From contig JAKSVT010000005.1 in the NCBI GenBank assembly GCA_024407875.1, forward strand, positions 1,474 to 65,473: a stretch of DNA of 64,000 nt, read 5' to 3'. This stretch comes from Alphaproteobacteria bacterium. Lineage in GTDB: Bacteria > Pseudomonadota > Alphaproteobacteria > CAAGCB01 > CAG-977. This document shows, one piece after another, positions 1-9,510 of the stretch (position 1 is its first letter; every line of letters begins with the position of its first letter). The notes below the pieces were generated by a model. That model worked only from the letters and a program-made list of their open reading frames with translations, was not told where the DNA came from and did not search any database. The translations under genes were made by a program, and so were the position numbers.

Positions 1-1
1 T

Positions 2-496
2 CAAATCATATCAAAAGCGGAACTTTAGGGAGGAAAAATTTGCGCAGCTCTTGATAGACAGCATCCGCGAGATTTATTTGATATCAAAAATTTATTTTCT
101 ATTCATGGAATAACAGAGGATATAAAGCAAGGCTTCATTTCTCTGTTACTCGGTGGAAATCGTCCATTAAATGAAATTTTAGATCCAAAGTTTCAAATGC
201 AAGAATCAACTATAAAAACAGAATTTGATGGTATGAGTGATCAAGCTTTTACTTTTGATGACGCAAAAGCAACATTTTATATGTTAGTCAAAGAGATAAA
301 TTCTTCTCTAAATGGTAATGATAAACAATTGTTACTTGATTTTGTTCAGCTAAAAGCAGATTTATCTGCTTCATCTATTCCTAATTTAGATAAACTTCCG
401 GGAATTAAGTGGAAAATTAAAAATCTTGAAAATTTAAAAGAAACTAATCCTGAGAAGTTTAAGGAACAATACAAAAAATTAAAAGTGGTTTTGTAA
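2..496 (+). pseudogene. AbiEii/AbiGii-family nucleotidyltransferase toxin, 3' portion, interrupted by an in-frame TAG (5' part lies outside the window)
   Basis: Reading the frame of the tracked 99-aa ORF back to nt 2 gives QIISKAEL*GGKICAALDRQHPRDLFDIKNLFSIHG...LPGIKWKIKNLENLKETNPEKF. The A-L-D-R-x-x-P-RDLFDI block and the C-terminal WK-x-x-NL block match my memory of the AbiEii (DUF1814) family. The only interruption is TAG at 26..28. Confidence 0.55.
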
Positions 497-530
497 ATTT
501 TTTTTAATGTCCACAATTCAGTTTGCGGCC

Positions 531-1940
531 TCATATAGTGTCTAATATTTTATCTTCATTTATCAATATAATGTTGCTGTTTTTCTTTGCAATGTCTAAT
601 AAATGTTCAGTAAAGCCACTTTTTGAGAATATACCATATGTTATATCATATCCTCTGAAATCATTAACTTTACATTTTTCTACCAATTTTGCGTAGACAT
701 TTACATCAACAGGCTTTGTATCGTTATAATATTTGCATTCTGCTGCAAAAATACACTTATTGCTTTCATCAACAGCAACTAAATCAATTTCTACATTTTT
801 ATCCCAATAAGACCCTATACGAGATGGTGTAAAATTAATCTGTTTATTTCTACATAGTTCGGTAAATATGTTTTTGCAAACTTCTTCATAAACGAATGCA
901 ACATGATTATCAATAAAGTTAGTTGATAGTTTATCTTTGACAAAGCTAATGTTATCAAGTTCTAGTTCACCTTTATATGGAAATACAAACATAAACCAAA
1001 AACGGATGAATATATCTTTGATGTAATATAATCCCTTACGACTTTTTTCTGGCTTTTTCTCTGTTACGGGTACTCGTTTTTCTAACAAAAATAATCCCAT
1101 TAAAGTTTCAAGATAAGGACTTAACTTATTACCCTCAGTTGACATAGTAGATGATATTTCGGAAAGCTTATGATTGTTTTGTGCAATAGCTTTCATAACT
1201 GAATAGTAATTAACTGGCTCTTTAATCTCTTTGTTGAGCAAAAATGCAGGTTCTTCATATAAAAATCCATTTTTGTTAAGTATAACACGAGAGATGTTAT
1301 ACATCAATTCGCTGTCATTATCAAAAAATTCTAAGTACTTAGGCACACCACCGATAACAGAATATAGCTCAACCACATCTGAAAAGGATTTGTAGCTAAA
1401 ATGATTTCTTATCTCAGAAAATGTTAAAGGCGCTAATCTGATTTGAGAAGTTCTACGACCATATAACGGACTATTTTCCGATAGAACCTGCTTTGTCATC
1501 ATATTTATATAGGATCCGCAGATAATAACCATTACATTTTGTTTAGATAAGATTTCATCCCAAACCTTTTGAAAAATTGAAGTAAAAGCAGGATTTGTGT
1601 TAACAATGTACTGAAACTCATCAATAACAAGTACTTTTGTCTTATTACTTGGAACATCAACAAAAACTTTAAATAAGTCAATCCAATCATTGAAATTAGC
1701 TTTAGCAATAAATTCTTGCTGCGCAAATTGTGATAAATTAGAGGCAAATCGTTTCATACTTTGCGGTTCTGATTCTTCTGTAGCAAGAAAATATAAAGCA
1801 GGCTTATCTTTGATAAACTCTTGTATAAGTGCTGTTTTTCCGATACGTCTTCTTCCATATAACACAACAAAAGAATGCTTACTGTTGTATTCTTGCTCCA
1901 AATCACTAAGTTCCTTTGTTCTACCTATAAATTCCATCAC
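531..1940 (-). CDS. ATP-binding protein, archaeal-type ATPase domain plus DUF234-like C-terminal PD-(D/E)xK-like module
   Basis: 469-aa ORF. N-terminus FIGRTKELSDL...VVLYGRRRIGKTAL (Walker A), VLVIDEFQY (Walker B), C-terminal EIDLVAVDE...FAAECKY nuclease-like D...E-x-K motif. Confidence 0.8.
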   Translation of the reverse strand: MMEFIGRTKELSDLEQEYNSKHSFVVLYGRRRIGKTALIQEFIKDKPALYFLATEESEPQSMKRFASNLSQFAQQEFIAKANFNDWIDLFKVFVDVPSNKTKVLVIDEFQYIVNTNPAFTSIFQKVWDEILSKQNVMVIICGSYINMMTKQVLSENSPLYGRRTSQIRLAPLTFSEIRNHFSYKSFSDVVELYSVIGGVPKYLEFFDNDSELMYNISRVILNKNGFLYEEPAFLLNKEIKEPVNYYSVMKAIAQNNHKLSEISSTMSTEGNKLSPYLETLMGLFLLEKRVPVTEKKPEKSRKGLYYIKDIFIRFWFMFVFPYKGELELDNISFVKDKLSTNFIDNHVAFVYEEVCKNIFTELCRNKQINFTPSRIGSYWDKNVEIDLVAVDESNKCIFAAECKYYNDTKPVDVNVYAKLVEKCKVNDFRGYDITYGIFSKSGFTEHLLDIAKKNSNIILINEDKILDTI

Positions 1941-2260
1941 ATCACCTATATATTAAACTTTAATATAATATAGATTAGACTAATTTAAATTATATTGCAA
2001 AAGTTTTTTTAATAACAACTCCTGAAGAAAAGAAGAAATCTGTATTAATTAAACAATTAGCTAAAGCTTCACGAATAGCTCTATGCATTGGAGTTTCATC
2101 TACTCAAAAAATCCCTTGCATATTCACTAAAAAAATTCTGGAAATTCATATAATATTTATAATGTATGTTGTATTCGATTCTATAATAGTTATATATAAA
2201 ATAAGAAATTTTCTGTCATGCAAATACCATTTCAAACATTTTTGGAGCAAATTAAAACAA

Positions 2261-4039
2261 ATGAATGTGTTTAATTTTTTTCATAGTGAAAAACTTTTAA
2301 ATAAAATTGTTATTTCTTCAATTTGCGTTTATTTTTTTGCCTCAGTTATATCCTATTTAGGTGGATTTATCGATGGAATTATTGTCTGTAAACTGATAGA
2401 TCCAATTTCGTTTTCTACCATATCAATTACCTCGCCTTTTATGCAAGCCTCTAAAATTTTTATGAATATTTTAGTGGTTGGAACACAGATACTTTGTTCA
2501 ACCTCCATAGGTAAAAAAGAACTAGAAAAGACAAAAAAAATAGTTTTTTTATCTGTTGTTTTGGCCTTTGTGATTTCTATTATTTTGGCAATACTGACAA
2601 TTATTTTTATATCACCAATTACACATTTTCTTTTAATAGGAAAAACAGAAAATTCAGAAGTTGTTTCAAATATAAAAAGTTATTTAATTGGAACTGTATG
2701 GAGCTTTTTCCCTATATTTATTATGACTACATTTCCATCAATTGTTCAAATTGATGGGGATAAAAAGCGATGTTTTCTTGCCCCAATTCTTTTTTCAATT
2801 TTTAATATTGCATCTGACTTAATTAGTGTTTTTATATTTAAAGGTGGAATGTTAGGAATAGGTTTAGCAACGTCTATCAGCTATTATATTGCTGCAGGAT
2901 ATTTATTTTTACATTTCTTTTCTAAAGAACATTATTTAAATTTTAAATTTTTCAAAATAGATTTAATTGAAATATTTCAGTTAATCAAAGCTGGATTAAC
3001 AGAAGGACTAAATAAATTTTTTATTTTTATTTCAGAATTTATGATTAATGCAATCTTTTTATTACTTTCAGATAAATATCTTTTACCTGTTTTAGGAATA
3101 TACGTTTGTTTAATGAATTTATTTAATTGTTTTCCTAAAACGTTTGGAAAAATAACATTAACTTTAAGTTCAATAAAGATAGGAGAAAATGATAAATTTG
3201 ATTTAAAAAAAATTTTAATTATTCTTCTTAAACATTCTGGATTGATAACAATTTGTTTAGGCGGTGTTTTGTTTATATCAACTCCATTAGTCGTCAGAAT
3301 GTTTTTAGATTCAAATTCAGAATGCTTCAACCAGGCATGTGTAGTTGTTAGATTTTTAGCATTAAATCTATTTGCGCAAAACTTATCAATGATTATCTTA
3401 AGTTATTATCAAGCAATAAAAAGTCATAGAATAGTCATTTTTATGAATTTAATTCAAAGAATATTTGCTCCTTTGACAATATCATTGATTTTTGCTGATT
3501 TAATGGGATATAAAACTATATTTTTTGCAGATTTTCTATCAAAATATGCCGTTTTACTTTTTGTTGTTTTATACGCTATTATTTACAATAAAGGAAAATT
3601 TTCTGTTGAAAATATGATAATGCTTCCTAAAAATTTTGGCATTGAGGCAAAAGATTATGTTTCTTTTTATGTAACATCATTCGATGATGCAATGAGAAAC
3701 TCTAAAGATATTAAAGCGTTTTGTTATGAACATCAATGTAATATAAAAAAGACATTTTTTATTCAGATTGTCTTCGAAGAAATTACGAAAAATATTTTTT
3801 ATCACGGTAAATTAAAAAATAAGAATAATTTCGTGAATATTCGCTTGTTTAAGAAAGACGAAGATATTTATTTGATTATTCAAGATGATAGTTCAATTTT
3901 TGATATTGCAAAATGGTATTATCAAAATAATTCAAAAGAATTGGATAAGAATTTAGGTTCAAAATTGATTATGAACTTAACAAAAAAAGTTTCATATTTT
4001 AACTTATATGGCATTAATTCAACACAATTGATTTTTTAA
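2261..4039 (+). CDS. MATE-like polytopic membrane protein fused to a C-terminal SpoIIAB/RsbW-like GHKL ATPase domain
   Basis: The tracked ORF runs 2162..4039; ATG at 2261 (MNVFNFFHSEKLL...) is the likelier start. About 450 aa of repeated hydrophobic helices have MATE-like character. The last ~130 aa contain EEITKNIFYHG (the E-x3-N-x3-H N-box as in SpoIIAB), IIQDDSSIFD and NLGSKLIMNL. Confidence 0.6.
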   Translation: MNVFNFFHSEKLLNKIVISSICVYFFASVISYLGGFIDGIIVCKLIDPISFSTISITSPFMQASKIFMNILVVGTQILCSTSIGKKELEKTKKIVFLSVVLAFVISIILAILTIIFISPITHFLLIGKTENSEVVSNIKSYLIGTVWSFFPIFIMTTFPSIVQIDGDKKRCFLAPILFSIFNIASDLISVFIFKGGMLGIGLATSISYYIAAGYLFLHFFSKEHYLNFKFFKIDLIEIFQLIKAGLTEGLNKFFIFISEFMINAIFLLLSDKYLLPVLGIYVCLMNLFNCFPKTFGKITLTLSSIKIGENDKFDLKKILIILLKHSGLITICLGGVLFISTPLVVRMFLDSNSECFNQACVVVRFLALNLFAQNLSMIILSYYQAIKSHRIVIFMNLIQRIFAPLTISLIFADLMGYKTIFFADFLSKYAVLLFVVLYAIIYNKGKFSVENMIMLPKNFGIEAKDYVSFYVTSFDDAMRNSKDIKAFCYEHQCNIKKTFFIQIVFEEITKNIFYHGKLKNKNNFVNIRLFKKDEDIYLIIQDDSSIFDIAKWYYQNNSKELDKNLGSKLIMNLTKKVSYFNLYGINSTQLIF

Positions 4040-4165
4040 ACAAACTCTCAAATTTAATTAGTGGCATTCCTTTTAAGAAGCAAAACTCCTTTAAAAAAAT
4101 GTTAAACAAAGCATATTACTTTATAAAAAAAGCGATTTTTCAATCAGTTAGAAAACAATTTTAAT

Positions 4166-4192
4166 AAAAAGCCTCATAATGAGGCTTTTTTT
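4166..4192. terminator. bidirectional intrinsic terminator between the MATE-like gene and the porin gene
   Basis: aaaaagcctc-ataat-gaggcttttttt: perfect GC-containing stem flanked by an A-run and a T-run. Confidence 0.75.
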
Positions 4193-4212
4193 CTCTTAAA
4201 TGAAATCGTGGA

Positions 4213-5436
4213 TTAAAATTCAACCTTTAAACCTAAAACTGCTAAAGGAGATTTATTATCTTTATGTTCTGCAGAATCAAATTTAGCATATCCTAAATCT
4301 AACCAAGTGCTTACACCTTTAGAAATAGTATATTTCAATCCTAAAATACCCATTGAAAATACATCTTTTTTATCTTCTAAATTAATATTGTTAGCTCTTG
4401 ATTGAATAAAGCTTAAAGATGATGATAATGGACCAAATTTATGACTAATACCTGCTGTCCAAACATATCCATTATTCATTACAACACCTTTACGTTTAGC
4501 TAATAATTGAGCTGTTTCCTGGCTCATATTAACATAAGAATATGTTCCACCAACACTCCAATTTCCCCAAGAAAGTGTCGTTCCAAAACCATATTGGTAA
4601 ATATTATCTTTTTCAATGCCGTCAATTGTATCTTCTGGTATATTTAAATCTTTGTTCTTAGCTTTGTACCAAGTATAATCAGCGCTCAAAGCCCAAGTAT
4701 ATTTTCCAAATTCTGCTTCATAATATGCTACAGAACTTGCACCATATTTAAACTTAATAGCATTTTTTTCATAAAATGAATTATTTGGTTGCATTCCTTT
4801 ATCTGAAGGCATAGCAGAAACACCTAAAACCAAAGTATGATTTTCTGAAAACTTAAATTCTGGTGTTAAGTAGTTAATTTTTGCAGAATCATTATCTAAT
4901 ATTGGATATGAAGATGGGTTTATAGCAAAATTCTCGTCAGATCCATCATATATAAAACTAAAAGCATCTGAATCATTTATTCCCATTCCGCTTTCATCTG
5001 GAGCTGTTACAGCTAATATTTTAGCAACATTTGGCTTATTACCAACCATAAAACGTCCAAAATCTGTATCTAAATTAAAATAAACTTCATCCATTTCAAC
5101 AGAACCACGTACAGTATCTAATTGCATAACAAAGCTTAATTCATTACCATTATTGTATCTTTTTTTACCAGAAAAATCTATTTCTGCATCTGTCCATAAA
5201 AAAGCATCATCAGAATCTTGAGATACATATCCACTTTCATGAACTGTTTTATCTTTAGCTCCCTTTCTACTATTATGAGAAACACCTAAAGCCCAATTCA
5301 AATGACCACTAATAGAGAACTCTAAATCAGAATTATCATAACTTACATAATTCGTCTGTTGTTCAGCAGCATTTGCTTCATAAGGCAAAATCAATCCTAC
5401 TAAAGCAATTGTACCCATTAACTTTTTAAAATTCAT
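4213..5436 (-). CDS. outer-membrane porin (beta-barrel)
   Basis: 407 aa. Signal peptide MNFKKLMGTIALVGLILPYEANA, alternating amphipathic strand pattern, terminal LGLKVEF with C-terminal Phe. Confidence 0.7.
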   Translation of the reverse strand: MNFKKLMGTIALVGLILPYEANAAEQQTNYVSYDNSDLEFSISGHLNWALGVSHNSRKGAKDKTVHESGYVSQDSDDAFLWTDAEIDFSGKKRYNNGNELSFVMQLDTVRGSVEMDEVYFNLDTDFGRFMVGNKPNVAKILAVTAPDESGMGINDSDAFSFIYDGSDENFAINPSSYPILDNDSAKINYLTPEFKFSENHTLVLGVSAMPSDKGMQPNNSFYEKNAIKFKYGASSVAYYEAEFGKYTWALSADYTWYKAKNKDLNIPEDTIDGIEKDNIYQYGFGTTLSWGNWSVGGTYSYVNMSQETAQLLAKRKGVVMNNGYVWTAGISHKFGPLSSSLSFIQSRANNINLEDKKDVFSMGILGLKYTISKGVSTWLDLGYAKFDSAEHKDNKSPLAVLGLKVEF

Positions 5437-5448
5437 GAAAATCTCCTA

Positions 5449-6114
5449 TTATTTTCTTTCACCAAATATTGCTGTGCCAACACGTACGCAAGTTGCTCCT
5501 TGTTGAATTGCTAACTCATAATCAGCACTCATTCCCATTGATACTTTTTCTAATCCATTTTCTGTAGCTAATTTTTTTAAAAAAGCAAAATGAGCAGATG
5601 GTTCATCTTCCGAAGGAGGAATACACATTAAACCAACAACATTTAAATTTAATTTTTTACAATCATTAATAAAAGCTGTTAAACTTTCTTTTTCTATATC
5701 AAGACCACCTTTTTGTGGTTCGCTTCCTGTATTTACTTGGATGTAAACAGGAATATTTTTATTTTGAACTTGCATCTCTTTAGATAATTTTTCAGCTAGT
5801 TCAATTCTATCTACAGATTGTATACAATCAAAGAAAGATACAGCTTCTTTTACCTTGTTTGTTTGTAAAGATCCAATTAAGTGAACTTTTATATTTGAAT
5901 ATTTTTCACGTAGAGGTTCAAATTTTTTAATAGCTTCTTGAACTCTATTTTCTCCAAATAAAAATTGTCCTTCATTAATAACACTTTCGATATCTTCAAC
6001 ACTTTGAAATTTCGAAACTGCCATTAATTCAACGTCTTCTACCTTACGTCCACAATCTTTACATGCTTTTTGAATATTTTCTTTTATTTCTGATAACTTA
6101 GTCATAATTAACAC
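5449..6114 (-). CDS. yggS: YggS-family pyridoxal-phosphate homeostasis protein
   Basis: LMAVSKFQSVEDIE...FGENRVQEA...HLIGSLQTNKVK motifs. ATG at 6105 is an alternative start to GTG at 6114. Confidence 0.9.
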   Translation of the reverse strand: MLIMTKLSEIKENIQKACKDCGRKVEDVELMAVSKFQSVEDIESVINEGQFLFGENRVQEAIKKFEPLREKYSNIKVHLIGSLQTNKVKEAVSFFDCIQSVDRIELAEKLSKEMQVQNKNIPVYIQVNTGSEPQKGGLDIEKESLTAFINDCKKLNLNVVGLMCIPPSEDEPSAHFAFLKKLATENGLEKVSMGMSADYELAIQQGATCVRVGTAIFGERK

Positions 6115-6121
6115 ACTAAAA

Positions 6122-7375
6122 TTATTGGTTCATAGAGTTGATAAAATCTTGGTTATCTTTTGTTAATTTCAACTTATCCATCAAAAATTCCATAGCTTCA
6201 GCAACACCCATAGGCATTAATACTCTACGAAGCATCCACATCTTAGGTAATAAATCATTTCCAATTAACAATTCTTCCTTACGTGTACCAGACTTTGTAA
6301 TATCAATAGCTGGGAATATACGTTTATCAGAAACTTTACGATCCAAAATAATTTCAGAATTACCTGTACCTTTAAATTCTTCAAAAATAACTTCATCCAT
6401 ACGAGAGCCTGTATCAATTAATGCTGTAGCAATAATTGTTAAAGAGCCACCTTCTTCGATATTACGTGCTGCACCAAAAAATCTCTTAGGCTTTTGTAAA
6501 GCATTAGCATCAACACCACCTGTTAATACTTTTCCTGAGCTTGGAACAACTGTATTATATGCACGAGCTAGTCTTGTAATTGAGTCTAATAAAATAACAA
6601 CATCACGTTTGTGTTCAACTAAACGTTTTGCCTTTTCTATTACCATTTCTGCAACTTGAACGTGTCTACTTGCTGGTTCATCAAAAGTAGATGAAATTAC
6701 TTCACCCTTAATTGTACGAATCATTTCTGTTACTTCTTCAGGACGTTCATCAACCAATAAAACGATTAAATAAACTTCCGGATTATTAGCAACAATAGCA
6801 TGTGCTATATTTTGTAGCATAACTGTTTTACCTGTTCTTGGAGGAGCAACAATCATACCACGTTGACCTTTACCTTGAGGACATATTAAATCAATAATAC
6901 GACCTGTCATATTCTTACTGTCATTAGGATTTTCCATCTTAATTTTTTCAGTAGGATGTAAAGGTGTCAAGTTATCAAAGTTAATACGATATCTTAAAGA
7001 TTCAGGATCTGTGTAATTTACTTTAATGATTTTTGATAATGAGAAATATCTTTCATTACCTTGAGGTGCTAGAATTTCACCTTCTACTGTATCACCTGTT
7101 CTCAAACCATATTTCTTTACCATTTGTGGTGAAACATAAATATCATCACTTCCTGCTAAATAATTTGATTCTGCTGAACGTAAGAAACCAAATCCATCTT
7201 GAAGAACTTCTATAACGCCTTCATCATAGAAAACTTCTTCGTTCTTAGCTAATTGCTTTAAAATAGCAAATGTTAATTCTTGAGTTCTAAGAGTAGATGC
7301 ATTTTCAACATCTAAATGCTCCGCCATGCTGACTAATTCAGCCGGAGACTTTTTCTTTAAATCTTTTAAGTGCAT
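6122..7375 (-). CDS. rho: transcription termination factor Rho
   Basis: 417 aa. N-terminal Rho_N and cold-shock-like region, [22 protein letters not shown] Walker A, full-length match to Rho architecture. Confidence 0.97.
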   Translation of the reverse strand: MHLKDLKKKSPAELVSMAEHLDVENASTLRTQELTFAILKQLAKNEEVFYDEGVIEVLQDGFGFLRSAESNYLAGSDDIYVSPQMVKKYGLRTGDTVEGEILAPQGNERYFSLSKIIKVNYTDPESLRYRINFDNLTPLHPTEKIKMENPNDSKNMTGRIIDLICPQGKGQRGMIVAPPRTGKTVMLQNIAHAIVANNPEVYLIVLLVDERPEEVTEMIRTIKGEVISSTFDEPASRHVQVAEMVIEKAKRLVEHKRDVVILLDSITRLARAYNTVVPSSGKVLTGGVDANALQKPKRFFGAARNIEEGGSLTIIATALIDTGSRMDEVIFEEFKGTGNSEIILDRKVSDKRIFPAIDITKSGTRKEELLIGNDLLPKMWMLRRVLMPMGVAEAMEFLMDKLKLTKDNQDFINSMNQ

Positions 7376-7502
7376 AGTATTTCACTTTTTTAATAATATA
7401 ACAATATCTTGGAAAAATTCCACGAAGAACATCGTGTAATTGCATTTTTTATACACTTTTTCTCAGCTAGTCAACAAAAATAGAATAAAACTATTTAAAA
7501 AA

Positions 7503-8081
7503 TTAAATTTTCTTAATTAATTCTGTAAGTTTGTATATTCCTGCAACTTTTGCCGCATTGTATTCTAAAGAGCCATCTAGTGAAACTTCCCATTGATGAG
7601 CCTTTTTCACAGCTAATTCATAAAATGGCATTTTTGACAAATCAAAATAAGGGTTTCTATCATGTTTATATGAAGGCATAATCTCTTCTAATCTTGATTG
7701 CGCCGTTTGTTGGCAATTAACATTATCAATATTATTATGTAGCAAAGGCCAAATTTCTATACAAGGTTTCATAAAAGCCAATTTTATATCTTTTCCACTT
7801 TGTTTAAGTATATTAATTGCCGTTTGTACTATTTGATCTCTTCCATCATAGTCAAAAACAACCCAAATTTGACTTTTACTATTTTTTAAGTCTTTATAGT
7901 GATTAATTGCTTCCTTTACTAAATGAATTGGATCAGAATTAATGCACATTTTATTTAATTTAACAATTGATGATTTTTTTTGTTGCAAAACAAACTTTTG
8001 TAAATAATCAATTTCTGTTTTACCTTCACAAAAAACATGAATTATTAGCTTGAATTGTATTCGTTTACCAAAATTATTCAT
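7503..8081 (-). CDS. RloB-like (Toprim-like) protein, partner of the upstream AAA_21 ATPase
   Basis: IIHVFCEGKTEIDYLQKF and WVVFDYDGRD motifs typical of the RloB family. ATG at 8081 overlaps the ATPase stop (ATGAATAA), implying translational coupling. The tracked TTG start at 8096 is less likely. Confidence 0.75.
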   Translation of the reverse strand: MNNFGKRIQFKLIIHVFCEGKTEIDYLQKFVLQQKKSSIVKLNKMCINSDPIHLVKEAINHYKDLKNSKSQIWVVFDYDGRDQIVQTAINILKQSGKDIKLAFMKPCIEIWPLLHNNIDNVNCQQTAQSRLEEIMPSYKHDRNPYFDLSKMPFYELAVKKAHQWEVSLDGSLEYNAAKVAGIYKLTELIKKI

Positions 8082-9360
8082 TTTCAAAGGCCCCAATCAT
8101 AGGAATTGCTCCATATTTTCCTTGGATATATCCTTTTTGTAAATCTTTATCAAAACGTGGTGTAAATTGATATAAGGAATATAAATCTGTAGATCCATCT
8201 TGACGCTTTTCAGTAAACCATATTTCATCTGTGCGCCAAATATCATTTGCCATTAAATTTAGGTCATGTAATGTGACAATGAGTTGTCCTAAACTATTCT
8301 CATTTTCCATATGTTCCTGAATTAAAAACTTACTTAAAAAAGGGTGTAATCGACAATCTAATTCATCTACAAATAAACATGTATTAGGATTTCTAAGTAA
8401 GAAAAATGACAACGATAAATCTATTAAACGTTTAGTTCCGTCAGATTCTTCGTTAATTTTAAAACTAACCTCATTATGTATTGTTCTTAATTCAAACCCT
8501 TTTACTTCATTTTGATTAATAACGATAGCTATAATATTACCATCCGAAGTTTTAGAGAATAAAGTTCCCTCATTATAATTGCGATTAGATTTTAAAGCGG
8601 ATTTAAAATAATTTTCGGTTTCATCTTTCGATAAAAGAACCCACATTACATCTGAAATTCCTAAATCGGCAATTTTAAGTAATCTTTTTAAATAATTTTG
8701 ATAATCATATTGATTAAAATACAAACCAAAAGCCACAGGATTTATATAGCTATTGGGATTTGCTATAACTAGTTGTTCAAAAAAATTTAACGTATCTATT
8801 ATGTAGTTAGAGCCACAAATTTTAGAGCGATTATCTTCTATACCATCTTGTGCAAGTTTATACAAAAAAGTTGTAGATGATTGAAAAGTTCTATTGTTAA
8901 ACCAATCAGAGCTTTTTTCCAACATCCCTTTTATTTCAACTTTTAAAAACTTTCTCGTAAATAATTCTTTTAAATTTCCATTTTTTTGTAAAATAGATAA
9001 TTGTTCAAAAGGAATTTCAATTCCATTTGTCTTTAAACTATATCTGTATGAAATACCATTTATTTGAAAATCAACTTCAAATTCGGTATATTCCGTATTT
9101 TTTGATAACTTAAACTGATGAGCTAAAATAAATTTTGTATTTTCCGATAATACGCATGAACAAAATGCTTCAAGAGCACGCACAAAATTTGTTTTTCCTG
9201 ATGCATTTGCACCATAAATTGCTGCTCCCTTTAAAACTTTAAAAAAATTATTTTTTATTAAATGATTTGAATGTTGTTTTGATATTTTTCCTGAAAATAA
9301 AGAAAAATTTATTTTTTCATTTATCGAACCGAAATTAGAAACAGAAAAATTTAAAAGCAT
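8074..9360 (-). CDS. AAA_21/ABC-type ATPase (AbiLi/OLD-N-terminal-like)
   Basis: 428 aa. Walker A GANASGKTNF, Walker B LFVDELDCRLHP, late TLHDLNLM H-loop-like block. Immediately upstream of, and overlapping, the RloB-like gene. Confidence 0.8.
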   Translation of the reverse strand: MLLNFSVSNFGSINEKINFSLFSGKISKQHSNHLIKNNFFKVLKGAAIYGANASGKTNFVRALEAFCSCVLSENTKFILAHQFKLSKNTEYTEFEVDFQINGISYRYSLKTNGIEIPFEQLSILQKNGNLKELFTRKFLKVEIKGMLEKSSDWFNNRTFQSSTTFLYKLAQDGIEDNRSKICGSNYIIDTLNFFEQLVIANPNSYINPVAFGLYFNQYDYQNYLKRLLKIADLGISDVMWVLLSKDETENYFKSALKSNRNYNEGTLFSKTSDGNIIAIVINQNEVKGFELRTIHNEVSFKINEESDGTKRLIDLSLSFFLLRNPNTCLFVDELDCRLHPFLSKFLIQEHMENENSLGQLIVTLHDLNLMANDIWRTDEIWFTEKRQDGSTDLYSLYQFTPRFDKDLQKGYIQGKYGAIPMIGAFENE

Positions 9361-9411
9361 TTTTTCCTCTCATGCATAATTTATCTATTGTTATATTTTA
9401 CTCATATTTTA

Positions 9412-9453
9412 CAAAAAAACAACAGATTATGTGAAAATTTCACATAATCTGTT
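9412..9453 (-). terminator. intrinsic terminator downstream of ychF
   Basis: Near-perfect inverted repeat aacagattatgtgaaa/tttcacataatctgtt (9421..9453), followed on the minus strand by GTTTTTTTG. Confidence 0.7.
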
Positions 9454-9510
9454 ATAAAAATAGCGAATTTTATAATTTTTTAAGCAAAAAATAAAAATTT
9501 TATCAATTTT

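Noticed and set aside
2012-2160. Short HTH-like reading (TTPEEKKKSVLIKQLAKASRIALCIGVSSTQKI) upstream of, and in frame with, the MATE-like ORF; possibly a relic of a recombinase or transposase C-terminus
   Set aside because: It is only ~35 aa, bounded by a stop upstream, with no catalytic domain or inverted repeats. Too little to call a mobile-element remnant.
6138-6659. 173-aa plus-strand ORF
   Set aside because: Entirely antisense to the well-supported rho gene, with no motifs. Typical shadow ORF.
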